From an uncultured Candidatus Peribacteria bacterium (GTDB taxonomy: Bacteria > Patescibacteriota > Gracilibacteria > UBA1369 > 2-02-FULL-48-14): 45,089 nt of DNA. Under the pieces are notes generated by a model, which saw only the letters and a list, made by a program, of their open reading frames with translations, did no database searches and was not told the DNA's origin. The translations under genes were made by a program, and so were the position numbers. The stretch is taken from the NCBI GenBank assembly GCA_964359495.1, contig CAYHTG010000002.1, positions 8,943 through 54,031 of the forward strand, in the 5' to 3' direction. Below are positions 35,022 through 43,916 of this stretch, in pieces (within the stretch, counting starts at the first letter, position 1; each line of letters starts with the position of its first letter).

Positions 35022-35030
35022 CCTCCTAGC

Positions 35031-35114
35031 GCTTGGGTGGCGGAATGGTAGACGCGCTGGTCTTAGGAACCAGTTCCGAAAGGATTGAGAGTTCGAGTCT
35101 CTCCCCGAGCACCA
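35031..35114 (+). tRNA. tRNA-Leu, anticodon TAG (UAG), type II with a long variable arm, CCA encoded
   Basis: Hand-folded. Acceptor GCTTGGG/CCCGAGC (one G-U pair), 3-bp D stem, anticodon stem CTGGT/ACCAG with loop CTTAGGA, variable arm TTCCGAAAGGATT, T arm GAGAG-TTCGAGT-CTCTC, discriminator A, then CCA. Confidence 0.9.
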
Positions 35115-35172
35115 TACTCGGCGTAGCCGAGCTTAAAAAAGCCGTCCGCAGGACTCATTATCTTTCCCTCTT

Positions 35173-35490
35173 ATGAGAAAACCATCACTCTCTAAAAAGC
35201 AAACCCTGACTGGTCCGCCTGCCCCCCGCATCGCCCACATTGATTTCTATGTGAACAAGGAAACGGCTTTCTTGCGCTACGTGAATTATCTTTCCAACCC
35301 TTTGCATATTGCGTGGAGAAACTTCTTAGCGGGAACCTTTCATGGCGTTGGCTTCATCTTAGGAAGCGCCATTCTTTTGACGATTGTGGGGTCCTTGCTC
35401 AATTGGATGACAGGAGAAATCCCCTTTTTCACGGATTTCAATCAAGCCTTGAACATTTGGTTCGAAGAAACTCTTGAAAATACGCGATGA
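35173..35490 (+). CDS. small membrane protein (DUF5665-like; recalled from memory), translationally coupled to dnaE
   Basis: 105 aa with one clear TM segment (GVGFILGSAILLTIVGSLL). Its stop overlaps the dnaE ATG (ATGA at 35487). Confidence 0.55.
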   Translation: MRKPSLSKKQTLTGPPAPRIAHIDFYVNKETAFLRYVNYLSNPLHIAWRNFLAGTFHGVGFILGSAILLTIVGSLLNWMTGEIPFFTDFNQALNIWFEETLENTR

Positions 35491-38400
35491 GCTTTGTCCA
35501 TCTCCATAATCATAGTCACTACAGCATTCTCACTGCGCTGGCCAAGCCCCAGCAGTACGTTCAAATTGCAAAAAATCAGGGGAGTCCTGCGCTTGCTCTC
35601 ACGGATAGCGGCGTGATGTATGGAGCTCTTGAGTTTTACAAAGCGGCAAAGGCGGCCGGGATTAAACCTATTTTAGGGGTAGAAATGTACGTCGCCCCCC
35701 TGGGAATGGCGATTAAGACACCGGAAAATCGTTATTCTTCTTTGGTTTTACTCGCACGAAATAACGTCGGCTATCACAATTTATTAAAACTCAGCACCCT
35801 CGCGGCTTTGGAGGGTTTTTACTACAAACCTCGTATTGACGATGAGGTTCTTGCGCAGCACGCCGAAGGACTTATTGCACTTAGCGGCAGTCTGAACGGA
35901 GTAGTTCCTAAAGCAATTTTAGATAACAATCTTGTGGGTGCCAAAGAAGCCATTGAGAAATATCAGAACATTTTTGGGAAGGAATTTTTCTTTTTGGAAT
36001 TACAGCATCATCCGGAAATTGCCAACTGGAGCATTGTAAATAGCAAGCTCCTGACCCTCGCTCAAGAAACAGGGGCTCCTTTGGTGGCGGCCAACGATTG
36101 CCACTACGCGTATCCCGAAGATTCGGAAGCCCACGACGTACTCATCTGTGTGCAAACTCAAAAGACCGTGGACGATGAACATCGCTTTAAATTTGTGGGT
36201 AATTATTCCATGCGCTCGCCGGAGGATATGATTGAGTCGTTTCAGTTTTGCCCGGAAGCCGTAAAAAATACCGTGAAAATTGCGGAGATGTGCAATGTGG
36301 AGATTGAGTTTGGGCAGCAACAAATTCCCAGTTTCGACACCGGGACGCAAAAACCCGAAGATTTCTTGCGTGAGCTTTGTGAGACCGGGTTTGTGGAGAG
36401 GTATGGGGAGGGCGCGAGCGAGAAAGCTCGCGAGCGCCTGGAATTCGAGCTTGAAACCATCCATAAAATGGGCTTCGACACCTATTTTTTGATCGTTCAT
36501 GACTTTATTCGTCATGCGAAAGAAAGTGGCGTGATCGTGGGCCCGGGACGTGGAAGTGCAGCGGGTTCTATCATCGCCTATTGCCTTCGCATTACTGAGC
36601 TCGATCCCCTAAAATATGGCCTTCTTTTTGAACGATTCTTGAATCCGGAACGTATCAGCATGCCGGATATTGACGTGGACTTTGCGGACGACAGGCGTGA
36701 TGAAGTGCTGGATTACGTTACAAAAAAATATGGAGCGGATCATGTGGCTCAAATCATCACCTTTGGTACGCTCGCGGCAAAAGCGGCTATTCGCGACGCC
36801 GGGCGAGCCCTCGGTTTTAGCTATTCCGAAGTCGATGCGGTTGCCAAGAAAGTACCACTCGCTATTTTAGGGAAATACGCCCCTTTGCAGGAATCCTCCC
36901 TTCATGATCCCGAGCTTTCAAAACTCTATAAGGAAGACGTTAATGCCAAGGAAATTTTGGACACCGCCATTAAATTGGAAGGCACCATTCGCCAAGTTGG
37001 GACTCACGCGTGTGCGGTCATTATTTCTCGCGACCCCCTCACCGAACACACGGCTCTTCAGAAAGCGGCGGGCGATCAAGAAGGAATTGTCACTCAGTAT
37101 TCCATGAAACCCTGCGAGGAATTGGGACTTCTCAAAATGGATTTTCTCGGTCTAAAAAACCTCAGCATCATTGAAACAACTTTGGGAATTTTGAAACGAA
37201 CGAGACCTGAAGTGCTTGTGGATCTTGCGAAGCTCCCCATGGATGATGCAAAAACCTACGAGCTTTTAAAACGAGGGGAAACAACGGGGGTGTTCCAATT
37301 GGAATCCGCAGGGATGAAACGCTATTTGCGTGAACTTAAACCCACGGAGTTTGGGGACCTCATTGCCATGGTTTCGCTCTATCGTCCGGGTCCTATGCAA
37401 TTCATTTCCACTTATATTGATGGAAAGCATGGAAAAAAGAAGGTGACTTATTTACATCCTTCGCTTGAGGAAGTGTTGAAGGAAACTTATGGAATCGCCA
37501 TTTATCAGGAGCAGATTTTGGAAATTGCCAAACTTTTTGCTGATTTCACTCTCGGCGAGGCGGATCTTCTTCGTCGCGCAATTGGGAAAAAGATTGCGAA
37601 AGAACTTGCTGCGCAACGAGAAAAATTCCTTGAAGGTGCGGTAAAACATGGAAACCAAAAAAAATTGGCCGAAAAAATCTTCGATGAAGTGATCGAGCCC
37701 TTTGCCGGTTACGGATTCAACAAATCTCACGCGGCTTGTTACGCGCTCATCGCTTATCAAACGGCCTATCTCAAAGCTCACTTCCCTGCTGAATTCATGG
37801 CGGCTCTCCTCACTTCGGATGCGGATAATACCGATCGAGTTGTGGTGGAAATTGAAGAATGTAGAAACATGAACATCGCTGTTTTGCCTCCTAATATCAA
37901 TGAATCGCGAGCGCACTTTACCGTTGTGGACGAAAAAACCATTCGCTTCGGGCTCATGGCTGTGAAAGGGATGGGAGAAGGTCCGGTTCGGGAAATCATT
38001 CATGTGCGTGAGAAGGAAGGTCCCTTTAGCAACTTGGAAAATTTGGCGAGACGAGTCCCTGCAAAAATGCTGAATAAAAAGATCATCGAATGTTTGGCCT
38101 TATCCGGCACGCTCGACGACCTCGGTGAACGCGCTCAAATGGCCGCGAACTATGAAGAAATTTCAAATTACGCGAAAAGTATTCAATCTTCCTTGTCTGA
38201 AGGTCAGACCGATATTTTTGGGATGCTGCCCGGATCAGAAATCCAAAATCTCAAACTTACCCCCGTGAAAGAAGCCGATGCTCATCAGCGTTTTCGTTGG
38301 GAAAAGGAATACTTGGGTCTTTCCGTCAGTGGCCACCCTCTCCAAGGCATGAAGGATTACCTCCAAGGCAAAGGGAAACTCATAGCCACATTGAACGAAA

Positions 38401-38990
38401 AATGGGTGGATAAAAAAATCAAAATCACAGGGCTTGTGGCGCAAATTCGCAGGGTGATGACCAAGGCCGGAAAATACATGGCCATGGGCGAACTGGAAGA
38501 TCCCACCGCTCGTGTTTCCTTCGTTTTATTTCCCCGAGCCTATGACAGTTTCGGTGCCATGCTGGAAGAAGATCACGTTTATTCTTTCGAGGGACGTCTG
38601 GACCTGCGCAGTGAAGACTTTCAAGTGGTCGTGGACCAGGTTCATCCTCTTTCTTTGGAAAACATGGTCGCGTCCGCCAAAGAGAAAAAACTTTTCGATC
38701 CCGATGATAGGATTGTGGGGGTCCCTTCCCTTCGAGCAGCCGAACCTGAAGTCAACGTAGAAAAAGATGAGGAAACTGAAACCGGCCCTTACGTGATTGA
38801 ACTCGAAGCCAGCACTAAGCCGGATGTTCTGAATAAGCTCAAACCTCTGCTCGAAAGCTATAAGGGGGAAACCACCGTGGAGATCCACATCCCCGGCGAA
38901 CATTCTCTGAAGCGCGTTAAAGTTCCTTTTGGCGTGGATGTGGCCAACCCCCAACTCCAAAGTGAACTAAAAATGCTTTTGGCTGCTTAA
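35487..38990 (+). CDS. dnaE: DNA polymerase III alpha subunit
   Basis: PHP domain FVHLHNHSHYSIL, polymerase core GPGRGSAAGS and PDIDVDF, plus an OB fold near the C-terminus. The ORF is 1167 aa. Confidence 0.95.
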   Translation: MSFVHLHNHSHYSILTALAKPQQYVQIAKNQGSPALALTDSGVMYGALEFYKAAKAAGIKPILGVEMYVAPLGMAIKTPENRYSSLVLLARNNVGYHNLLKLSTLAALEGFYYKPRIDDEVLAQHAEGLIALSGSLNGVVPKAILDNNLVGAKEAIEKYQNIFGKEFFFLELQHHPEIANWSIVNSKLLTLAQETGAPLVAANDCHYAYPEDSEAHDVLICVQTQKTVDDEHRFKFVGNYSMRSPEDMIESFQFCPEAVKNTVKIAEMCNVEIEFGQQQIPSFDTGTQKPEDFLRELCETGFVERYGEGASEKARERLEFELETIHKMGFDTYFLIVHDFIRHAKESGVIVGPGRGSAAGSIIAYCLRITELDPLKYGLLFERFLNPERISMPDIDVDFADDRRDEVLDYVTKKYGADHVAQIITFGTLAAKAAIRDAGRALGFSYSEVDAVAKKVPLAILGKYAPLQESSLHDPELSKLYKEDVNAKEILDTAIKLEGTIRQVGTHACAVIISRDPLTEHTALQKAAGDQEGIVTQYSMKPCEELGLLKMDFLGLKNLSIIETTLGILKRTRPEVLVDLAKLPMDDAKTYELLKRGETTGVFQLESAGMKRYLRELKPTEFGDLIAMVSLYRPGPMQFISTYIDGKHGKKKVTYLHPSLEEVLKETYGIAIYQEQILEIAKLFADFTLGEADLLRRAIGKKIAKELAAQREKFLEGAVKHGNQKKLAEKIFDEVIEPFAGYGFNKSHAACYALIAYQTAYLKAHFPAEFMAALLTSDADNTDRVVVEIEECRNMNIAVLPPNINESRAHFTVVDEKTIRFGLMAVKGMGEGPVREIIHVREKEGPFSNLENLARRVPAKMLNKKIIECLALSGTLDDLGERAQMAANYEEISNYAKSIQSSLSEGQTDIFGMLPGSEIQNLKLTPVKEADAHQRFRWEKEYLGLSVSGHPLQGMKDYLQGKGKLIATLNEKWVDKKIKITGLVAQIRRVMTKAGKYMAMGELEDPTARVSFVLFPRAYDSFGAMLEEDHVYSFEGRLDLRSEDFQVVVDQVHPLSLENMVASAKEKKLFDPDDRIVGVPSLRAAEPEVNVEKDEETETGPYVIELEASTKPDVLNKLKPLLESYKGETTVEIHIPGEHSLKRVKVPFGVDVANPQLQSELKMLLAA

Positions 38991-39065
38991 AATTCAGAAA
39001 AATTTCAGGTTTTTGTCAGGACAAGGCGGCTTAGGGGTCTTTATAATGGAGATTCATTGTTTTTT

Positions 39066-39290
39066 ATGTATACAAAACATTTCCAGGAATGGATAATTCT
39101 AAAAGAAAGGCTCGAGTTAAGGATTGACGCTGCTCCCTTCGTAAATGAAGGTGAAATATGGTGGGCAAGTATTGGGGAAAATGTAGGCTTTGAGATTAGT
39201 GGAAAGAGTGAACGGTTCTCAAGACCCGTACTTATATTCAGAAAATTAAGGTTCTGTGATCGGCAGAACGTCCCTATTTTATCAATTTGA
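39066..39290 (+). pseudogene. truncated PemK/MazF-family toxin remnant
   Basis: ...FVNEGEIWWASIGENVGFEISGKSERFSRPVLIFRKL... matches the N-terminal half of MazF/PemK-type toxins (GEIWW..lG.N.G.E..G....RPVLI). The ORF stops after about 74 aa, roughly half the normal length, 47 nt before aspS. No antitoxin ORF is adjacent. Confidence 0.45.
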
Positions 39291-39337
39291 TTCTTAAGAT
39301 CAAGCACATTACAATGCACTCACCTTAATTTGAAGCT

Positions 39338-41101
39338 ATGTACCGAACCCACACTTGCGGTGAACTCCGCCCTTCGCACGATGGCCAAACTGTCACTTTG
39401 AGCGGCTGGGTGCATCGTCGCCGAGATCATGGAGATTTGATTTTCGTGGATTTGCGTGACCGTTACGGGCTGACTCAGATTGTTTTCAACCCTGCGGAGA
39501 ATAAAGAATCGCACGCTCTGGCGAACGACCTTCGCTCCGAGTTTGTCGTGACTATTGTTGGAAAGGTGCGGGTTCGTCCGGCCGGACTTCAGAACAAGGA
39601 CCTGGCAACGGGTGAAATCGAAGTGGCCACCGAAAAGTTGGAAATTTTGAACAAGGCTAAAACGCCGCCTTTCGAAATCGATCAGGATAAAGAGGTGAAC
39701 GAGGAAATGCGTCTCAAATACCGCTACCTCGACCTGCGTAAAGATCGCATTAAGAATAATATTTTGTTCCGCCACAAGTTTATCAAACGATTGCGCGACC
39801 TTATGGATGAGCGCGGATTCTGCGAAGTGGAAACCCCGATGCTTATGAAAGGCACTCCCGAGGGTTCCCGTGAATTTATTGTGCCGGCGCGTCTTTACCC
39901 CGGAACTTTTTACGTGTTGCCTCAGTCGCCGCAACAGCTCAAACAACTTTTGATGGTGGCCGGCATGGATAAATATTTTCAAATCGCCCGCTGCTTCCGC
40001 GATGAAGATTCCCGTGGCGACCGCCAGCCCGAATTCACCCAGCTCGACCTTGAAATGTCTTTTGTGGAGGAAGAGGATGTGATTTCGCTGAACGAAGAAG
40101 TGCTTACGATTTTGCTGAAGGAACTCGTGCCCGAAAAAGAAATCCTGCAAACGCCGTTTCCCCGTCTCACTTGGCACGAAGCTATGAGTCGCTATGGAAC
40201 CGACAAGCCCGACCTCCGTTTTGGAATGGAAATTCGCGACGTCAGCGAACTCGTGAAAGACTGCGGATTCCAGGTCTTTGCCGACGCCGTGAAAAAAGGT
40301 GGGTTCGTGAAGTGTCTCACCGTTCCCGGCGGGGCCGAATTCAGCCGAAAGGATATTGATGATTTTACCGAAATCGCGAAAGTGTATGGAGCCAAGGGTC
40401 TCGCCTACATTGTGATGGAAACCGAAGGACCCAAGGCGCCGATTGCGAAATTCTTCAAACCTGAGGAGCTCACTGCTTTGATTGAAGCTGCCGGAGCCAA
40501 AACCGGCGACATCATTTTCTTTGCCGCCGACCAGTTCGAAGTGGCCTGCAACTCCCTCGGTTACGTCCGCCTCGCTTGTGGCGACCGCTTCAAGCTCCGC
40601 GACCCCAAGAAACTCGCTCTGCTCTGGGTCACCGACTTCCCTTTGTTCGAATACAGCGCCGAAGAAAACCGCTTGGTCTCCGCCCACCACCCTTTCACTG
40701 CTCCCAAGAACGAAGAAATCGATAAACTCGACACCGATCCTAAGAATGTTTTGGCCAAGGCCTATGATATTGCGATGAACGGCAGCGAAATTGGAGGAGG
40801 ATCCATTCGTATCCACTCCCCCATTGTCCAAGAAAAAATCTTCAAAACTTTAGGAATTAGCGACGTGGAAATTGAACGCCGCTTCGGTCACATTTTGGAA
40901 GCATTTTCGTATGGAGCGCCTCCACACGGAGGAATTGCCTGGGGCCTTGACCGCATCATTATGTTGTTAAGGGATGAACCGAATATTCGTGAAGTGATTG
41001 CGTTTCCAAAAGATTCAAAAGCGAAAGATTTGCTCACGGGTGCGCCCAGCGCGTTGCCTGATGCGACGCTGAAAGAGATGCACGTGAAGTGTGTGGAGTA
41101 A
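39338..41101 (+). CDS. aspS: aspartyl-tRNA synthetase (bacterial type with GAD insertion)
   Basis: YRTHTCGELR, FVDLRDRYG, class II motifs (FRDEDSRGDRQPEFTQLD and GGGSIRIH; GLDRIIMLL). The ORF is 587 aa. Confidence 0.95.
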   Translation: MYRTHTCGELRPSHDGQTVTLSGWVHRRRDHGDLIFVDLRDRYGLTQIVFNPAENKESHALANDLRSEFVVTIVGKVRVRPAGLQNKDLATGEIEVATEKLEILNKAKTPPFEIDQDKEVNEEMRLKYRYLDLRKDRIKNNILFRHKFIKRLRDLMDERGFCEVETPMLMKGTPEGSREFIVPARLYPGTFYVLPQSPQQLKQLLMVAGMDKYFQIARCFRDEDSRGDRQPEFTQLDLEMSFVEEEDVISLNEEVLTILLKELVPEKEILQTPFPRLTWHEAMSRYGTDKPDLRFGMEIRDVSELVKDCGFQVFADAVKKGGFVKCLTVPGGAEFSRKDIDDFTEIAKVYGAKGLAYIVMETEGPKAPIAKFFKPEELTALIEAAGAKTGDIIFFAADQFEVACNSLGYVRLACGDRFKLRDPKKLALLWVTDFPLFEYSAEENRLVSAHHPFTAPKNEEIDKLDTDPKNVLAKAYDIAMNGSEIGGGSIRIHSPIVQEKIFKTLGISDVEIERRFGHILEAFSYGAPPHGGIAWGLDRIIMLLRDEPNIREVIAFPKDSKAKDLLTGAPSALPDATLKEMHVKCVE

Positions 41102-41121
41102 GAGGAAGCGTAAAAATTTAA

Positions 41122-41826
41122 ATGGAATCTATGAACGATGATGACAAAAAAGCAGTATTAATCCAGGTCCAGTTCGGCATATTTTTCAGTAATCCCATCG
41201 CTAGGCCTGACTTACTAACAAGAAAGATATCCGACGATTATAGTAGCTACTTTGATTCCCCTCCAATTAACTTACCAGTTCCAGCAGAGCTTATTGATTT
41301 TCCATCAGCTCAACTCCAATCTTCAAACAATTACTGGCAAATTAATGTTTCAAGATTGCGGGCAGACATTATCATTATCTTTAAACCAGAAGACGATAAA
41401 ACGTATGATGACATCATAGATGAACTACAAAAGATTGAAGAAATATTGAAGAAGCTGAGTAAGGAGGCAAGGGATCAAAAAGTCGATATTTCAAGAGTCA
41501 CCAGTATAGGCAATTTCATAATGGTAGTGGAGGATCCAGTACAGTATTTACAAGATACATTTTTAAAAACACCTGTAGCGGATAGAAAGGAGGTTGTTAT
41601 TAAGTTTAATGACCCTATAACTGAAGAAGATCTGACTTGCAATAATCTTATTCAGTACGTAAATGGTATATCAACAAAAATAGCAGATCAATCTGAGTAC
41701 CAATCAATACTCATAACCAGGGATTTCAACACTGATCCAAAGAAAAAAATGAAATTTACAGACGACGAATTGGCCAAATTTTTCAAAATAGCTAAAAAAA
41801 ATGCCTTTAATCCTGGAATTAAATAA
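41122..41826 (+). CDS. hypothetical soluble protein (234 aa)
   Basis: An AT-rich ORF starting 20 nt after aspS. I cannot assign a family with confidence. The next ORF follows after 7 nt. Confidence 0.6.
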   Translation: MESMNDDDKKAVLIQVQFGIFFSNPIARPDLLTRKISDDYSSYFDSPPINLPVPAELIDFPSAQLQSSNNYWQINVSRLRADIIIIFKPEDDKTYDDIIDELQKIEEILKKLSKEARDQKVDISRVTSIGNFIMVVEDPVQYLQDTFLKTPVADRKEVVIKFNDPITEEDLTCNNLIQYVNGISTKIADQSEYQSILITRDFNTDPKKKMKFTDDELAKFFKIAKKNAFNPGIK

Positions 41827-41833
41827 ATAGTTT

Positions 41834-42427
41834 ATGGATCAAGACAAAACAACAACCGAAAGTGATCAACCAAAAGGAAGCTCAACAGCTGGAACCCATA
41901 GCGACGGCAGTTTTACACCCGAACAGTTTTTCAATTACTCTCAGGAAATTGTAAAAAAAGCAGCTGAAGAATGGAAAAAAGTTGCAGAGGAGTATGGAAA
42001 AGAAAACCAGGGAATTAGGGACGATCTAGAGAAATTAAAAAAAGATAATGACAAGAATAAAGATGAGATAGTGAAACAAGGCTCAAGAAACATTGAAATT
42101 ATTGGAATATTTTCGGCCGTCTTGGCACTTCTGATTATAGATGTCAACATTGTTAAAGCAGCGCCAAATTTTCTTGCGGCTATATTACTGATAGTTGGAC
42201 TAACAGCTTCATTGCTAATATTTGCTAGTTTAATCCATTCTTTATTTGCACATGATACTAAAAAGCAAAGTGTTAACACCAAATGCTTTTGGACGGGAGT
42301 CGCTCTTCTCGGTATTCTAATTGTTGTGGGTATTCTATTTCACATCTTTGGCTGGGATTTGTACAATTCTGAAACTCTTAGTACCCCGAAGCAGGAAACG
42401 CCCATTGAAAGCCCCCAAGAAGATTGA
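41834..42427 (+). CDS. hypothetical membrane protein: charged coiled-coil N-terminus plus 3 predicted TM helices
   Basis: 197 aa. The N-terminal ~85 aa are Lys/Glu/Asp-rich (AAEEWKKVAEEYGKENQGIRDDLEKLKKDNDKNKDEI). Hydrophobic segments follow: IEIIGIFSAVLALLIIDV, FLAAILLIVGLTASLLIFASLI and WTGVALLGILIVVGILFHIF. Confidence 0.6.
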   Translation: MDQDKTTTESDQPKGSSTAGTHSDGSFTPEQFFNYSQEIVKKAAEEWKKVAEEYGKENQGIRDDLEKLKKDNDKNKDEIVKQGSRNIEIIGIFSAVLALLIIDVNIVKAAPNFLAAILLIVGLTASLLIFASLIHSLFAHDTKKQSVNTKCFWTGVALLGILIVVGILFHIFGWDLYNSETLSTPKQETPIESPQED

Positions 42428-42443
42428 ATGTAATTATTTCTTT

Positions 42444-42857
42444 ATGGATGTACTTAGTCAGGAACAAAGAAGTTACTGTATGTCCCGTGTAAAGAATAAA
42501 AATACTAAAATTGAAGATATATTTAAAAACTACATACGTAATAAAGGAATAAGAGGTTATAGGATCGGCAGAAAAAATGTGACAGGGAAACCTGATTTAT
42601 TTTTTGGAAAGGCTAAAGTGGCGGTTTTCATTGATGGCTGTTTTTGGCATAAGTGTCCTGTTTGTTTAAGTATTCCAAGCAGTAACTATCAATTTTGGGA
42701 TGAGAAACTAAGTAAAAATGTTGCCAGGGATTCAAAAGTAAACGATACTTTAGAGGTGATGGGGATTACAGTGTTAAGGTTCTGGGGACATGAGATTAAA
42801 AAGAATGTTGAAAAATGTTACACAAGGCTGCGAAAAGAGTTGAAAGTCAAAGCATAA
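42444..42857 (+). CDS. vsr: very-short-patch repair endonuclease
   Basis: SYCMSRVKNKNTKIE, GKPDLFF, VAVFIDGCFWHKCP, NYQFWDEKLSKNVARD and VLRFWGHEI match Vsr family blocks. I chose the ATG at 42444 over the track start at 42321. Confidence 0.85.
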   Translation: MDVLSQEQRSYCMSRVKNKNTKIEDIFKNYIRNKGIRGYRIGRKNVTGKPDLFFGKAKVAVFIDGCFWHKCPVCLSIPSSNYQFWDEKLSKNVARDSKVNDTLEVMGITVLRFWGHEIKKNVEKCYTRLRKELKVKA

Positions 42858-42870
42858 AGCAGATTCACGA

Positions 42871-42899
42871 TTGACGGTGTACGTGTACTCACATAATAT
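42871..42899 (+). promoter_or_regulatory. candidate promoter for dcm
   Basis: TTGACG (42871-42876), a 17-nt spacer, then TAATAT (42894-42899). The spacer contains the tandem GTGTAC GTGTAC. Confidence 0.3.
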
Positions 42900-42923
42900 A
42901 GGTTCACACGCTATAAAAAATCT

Positions 42924-43916
42924 ATGAAGAAAATCCGAAAACTTAAGTTTATTGATTTGTTTGCAGGCATCGGTGGCTTTCACCTGGCATTTCACAACGC
43001 AGGTGCAGAATGTGTTTTTTCATCTGAGTGGGATGATGCTGCAAGGAAAACTTACGAACACAATTTTAAAAAGATATCCCCCGAGATATTTGAAAATGGT
43101 AACTTTATCGGAGATATTAATTCTATCAAGGATATTGAAAGCGAAATGCCTGACTTTGATATTTTGACAGGCGGCTTCCCTTGTCAGCCATTTAGTAATG
43201 CGGGGCATAAATTGGGATTTGAAGATACAAGGGGTACTTTATTCTTTAATATTGCAGAAATTTTAAGGGTTAAACAGCCAAAGGCTTTTTTCCTGGAAAA
43301 CGTAAACGGATTACTAAACCATAACAACGGTGAAACTTTTGCCAAAATAAGAAAAGTTCTAGAGGAGGATCTTGGATACTCTTTTAATTTTTTTAGAGTG
43401 AAAGCCTGTGATTACGGATTGCCGCAACTAAGGCCAAGGGTTTTCATGATCGGATTCAAAGATAAAAGTATTAAATTTGATGCGCCTGCAAAGAAACCTT
43501 TGCAACTCACGATGTCTGAAGTCTTCGGTGGGGTGTGCCCAAGAAAAATAGGGTTCACGCTTAGGTGTGGCGGTAGAAGATCACCAATAGATGATAGGAG
43601 GAATTGGGACGGCTATATTGTGGATGGTGAGGTTAAGCGTGTAACTTCTAAAGAAGGGAAGAAAATGCAGGGATTTCCCGATAGTTTTGAGTTCCCTGTA
43701 AATGAAACCTACGCAATGAAGCAGTTGGGCAATAGCGTTGCAGTTCCGGCAATTCAGGCTTTTGCTGAAGTAATTGTACGAACTCTTACGAGCGTACATG
43801 AAGAGCACCTTTTGGAAACTTCGCCTCGTCGGATCTATATTCCACCCATGGTGCCAGCATTGGGTACTTTGCAGATGAATACAAATCCACAAGTTGACCT
43901 GCAACCTTCTTTGTAG
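42924..43916 (+). CDS. dcm: DNA (cytosine-5)-methyltransferase
   Basis: Motif I FIDLFAGIGGF, motif IV GGFPCQPFSNAG, motif VI FFLENV, motif VIII QLRPRVFMIG and motif X QLGNSVAVP. The target recognition domain is short, so specificity cannot be read off. Confidence 0.9.
   Translation: MKKIRKLKFIDLFAGIGGFHLAFHNAGAECVFSSEWDDAARKTYEHNFKKISPEIFENGNFIGDINSIKDIESEMPDFDILTGGFPCQPFSNAGHKLGFEDTRGTLFFNIAEILRVKQPKAFFLENVNGLLNHNNGETFAKIRKVLEEDLGYSFNFFRVKACDYGLPQLRPRVFMIGFKDKSIKFDAPAKKPLQLTMSEVFGGVCPRKIGFTLRCGGRRSPIDDRRNWDGYIVDGEVKRVTSKEGKKMQGFPDSFEFPVNETYAMKQLGNSVAVPAIQAFAEVIVRTLTSVHEEHLLETSPRRIYIPPMVPALGTLQMNTNPQVDLQPSL

Noticed and set aside
35116-35130. Hairpin CTCGGC-GTA-GCCGAG just after tRNA-Leu as a terminator
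   Set aside because: On the + strand it is followed by an A-tract, not a T-tract, and the downstream genes are co-oriented. It is more likely a processing structure or chance.
36000-38960. ORFs of 140-180 aa antisense within dnaE (36000-36515, 37452-38003, 38526-38960)
   Set aside because: They are shadow ORFs inside a highly conserved dnaE frame and have no motifs of their own.
39320-40831. 503-aa minus-strand ORF covering most of aspS
   Set aside because: It is a shadow ORF antisense to a strongly conserved aspS. Its translation is low-complexity (rich in G, V, F and E) and has no recognisable motifs. Its length reflects only the codon bias of aspS.
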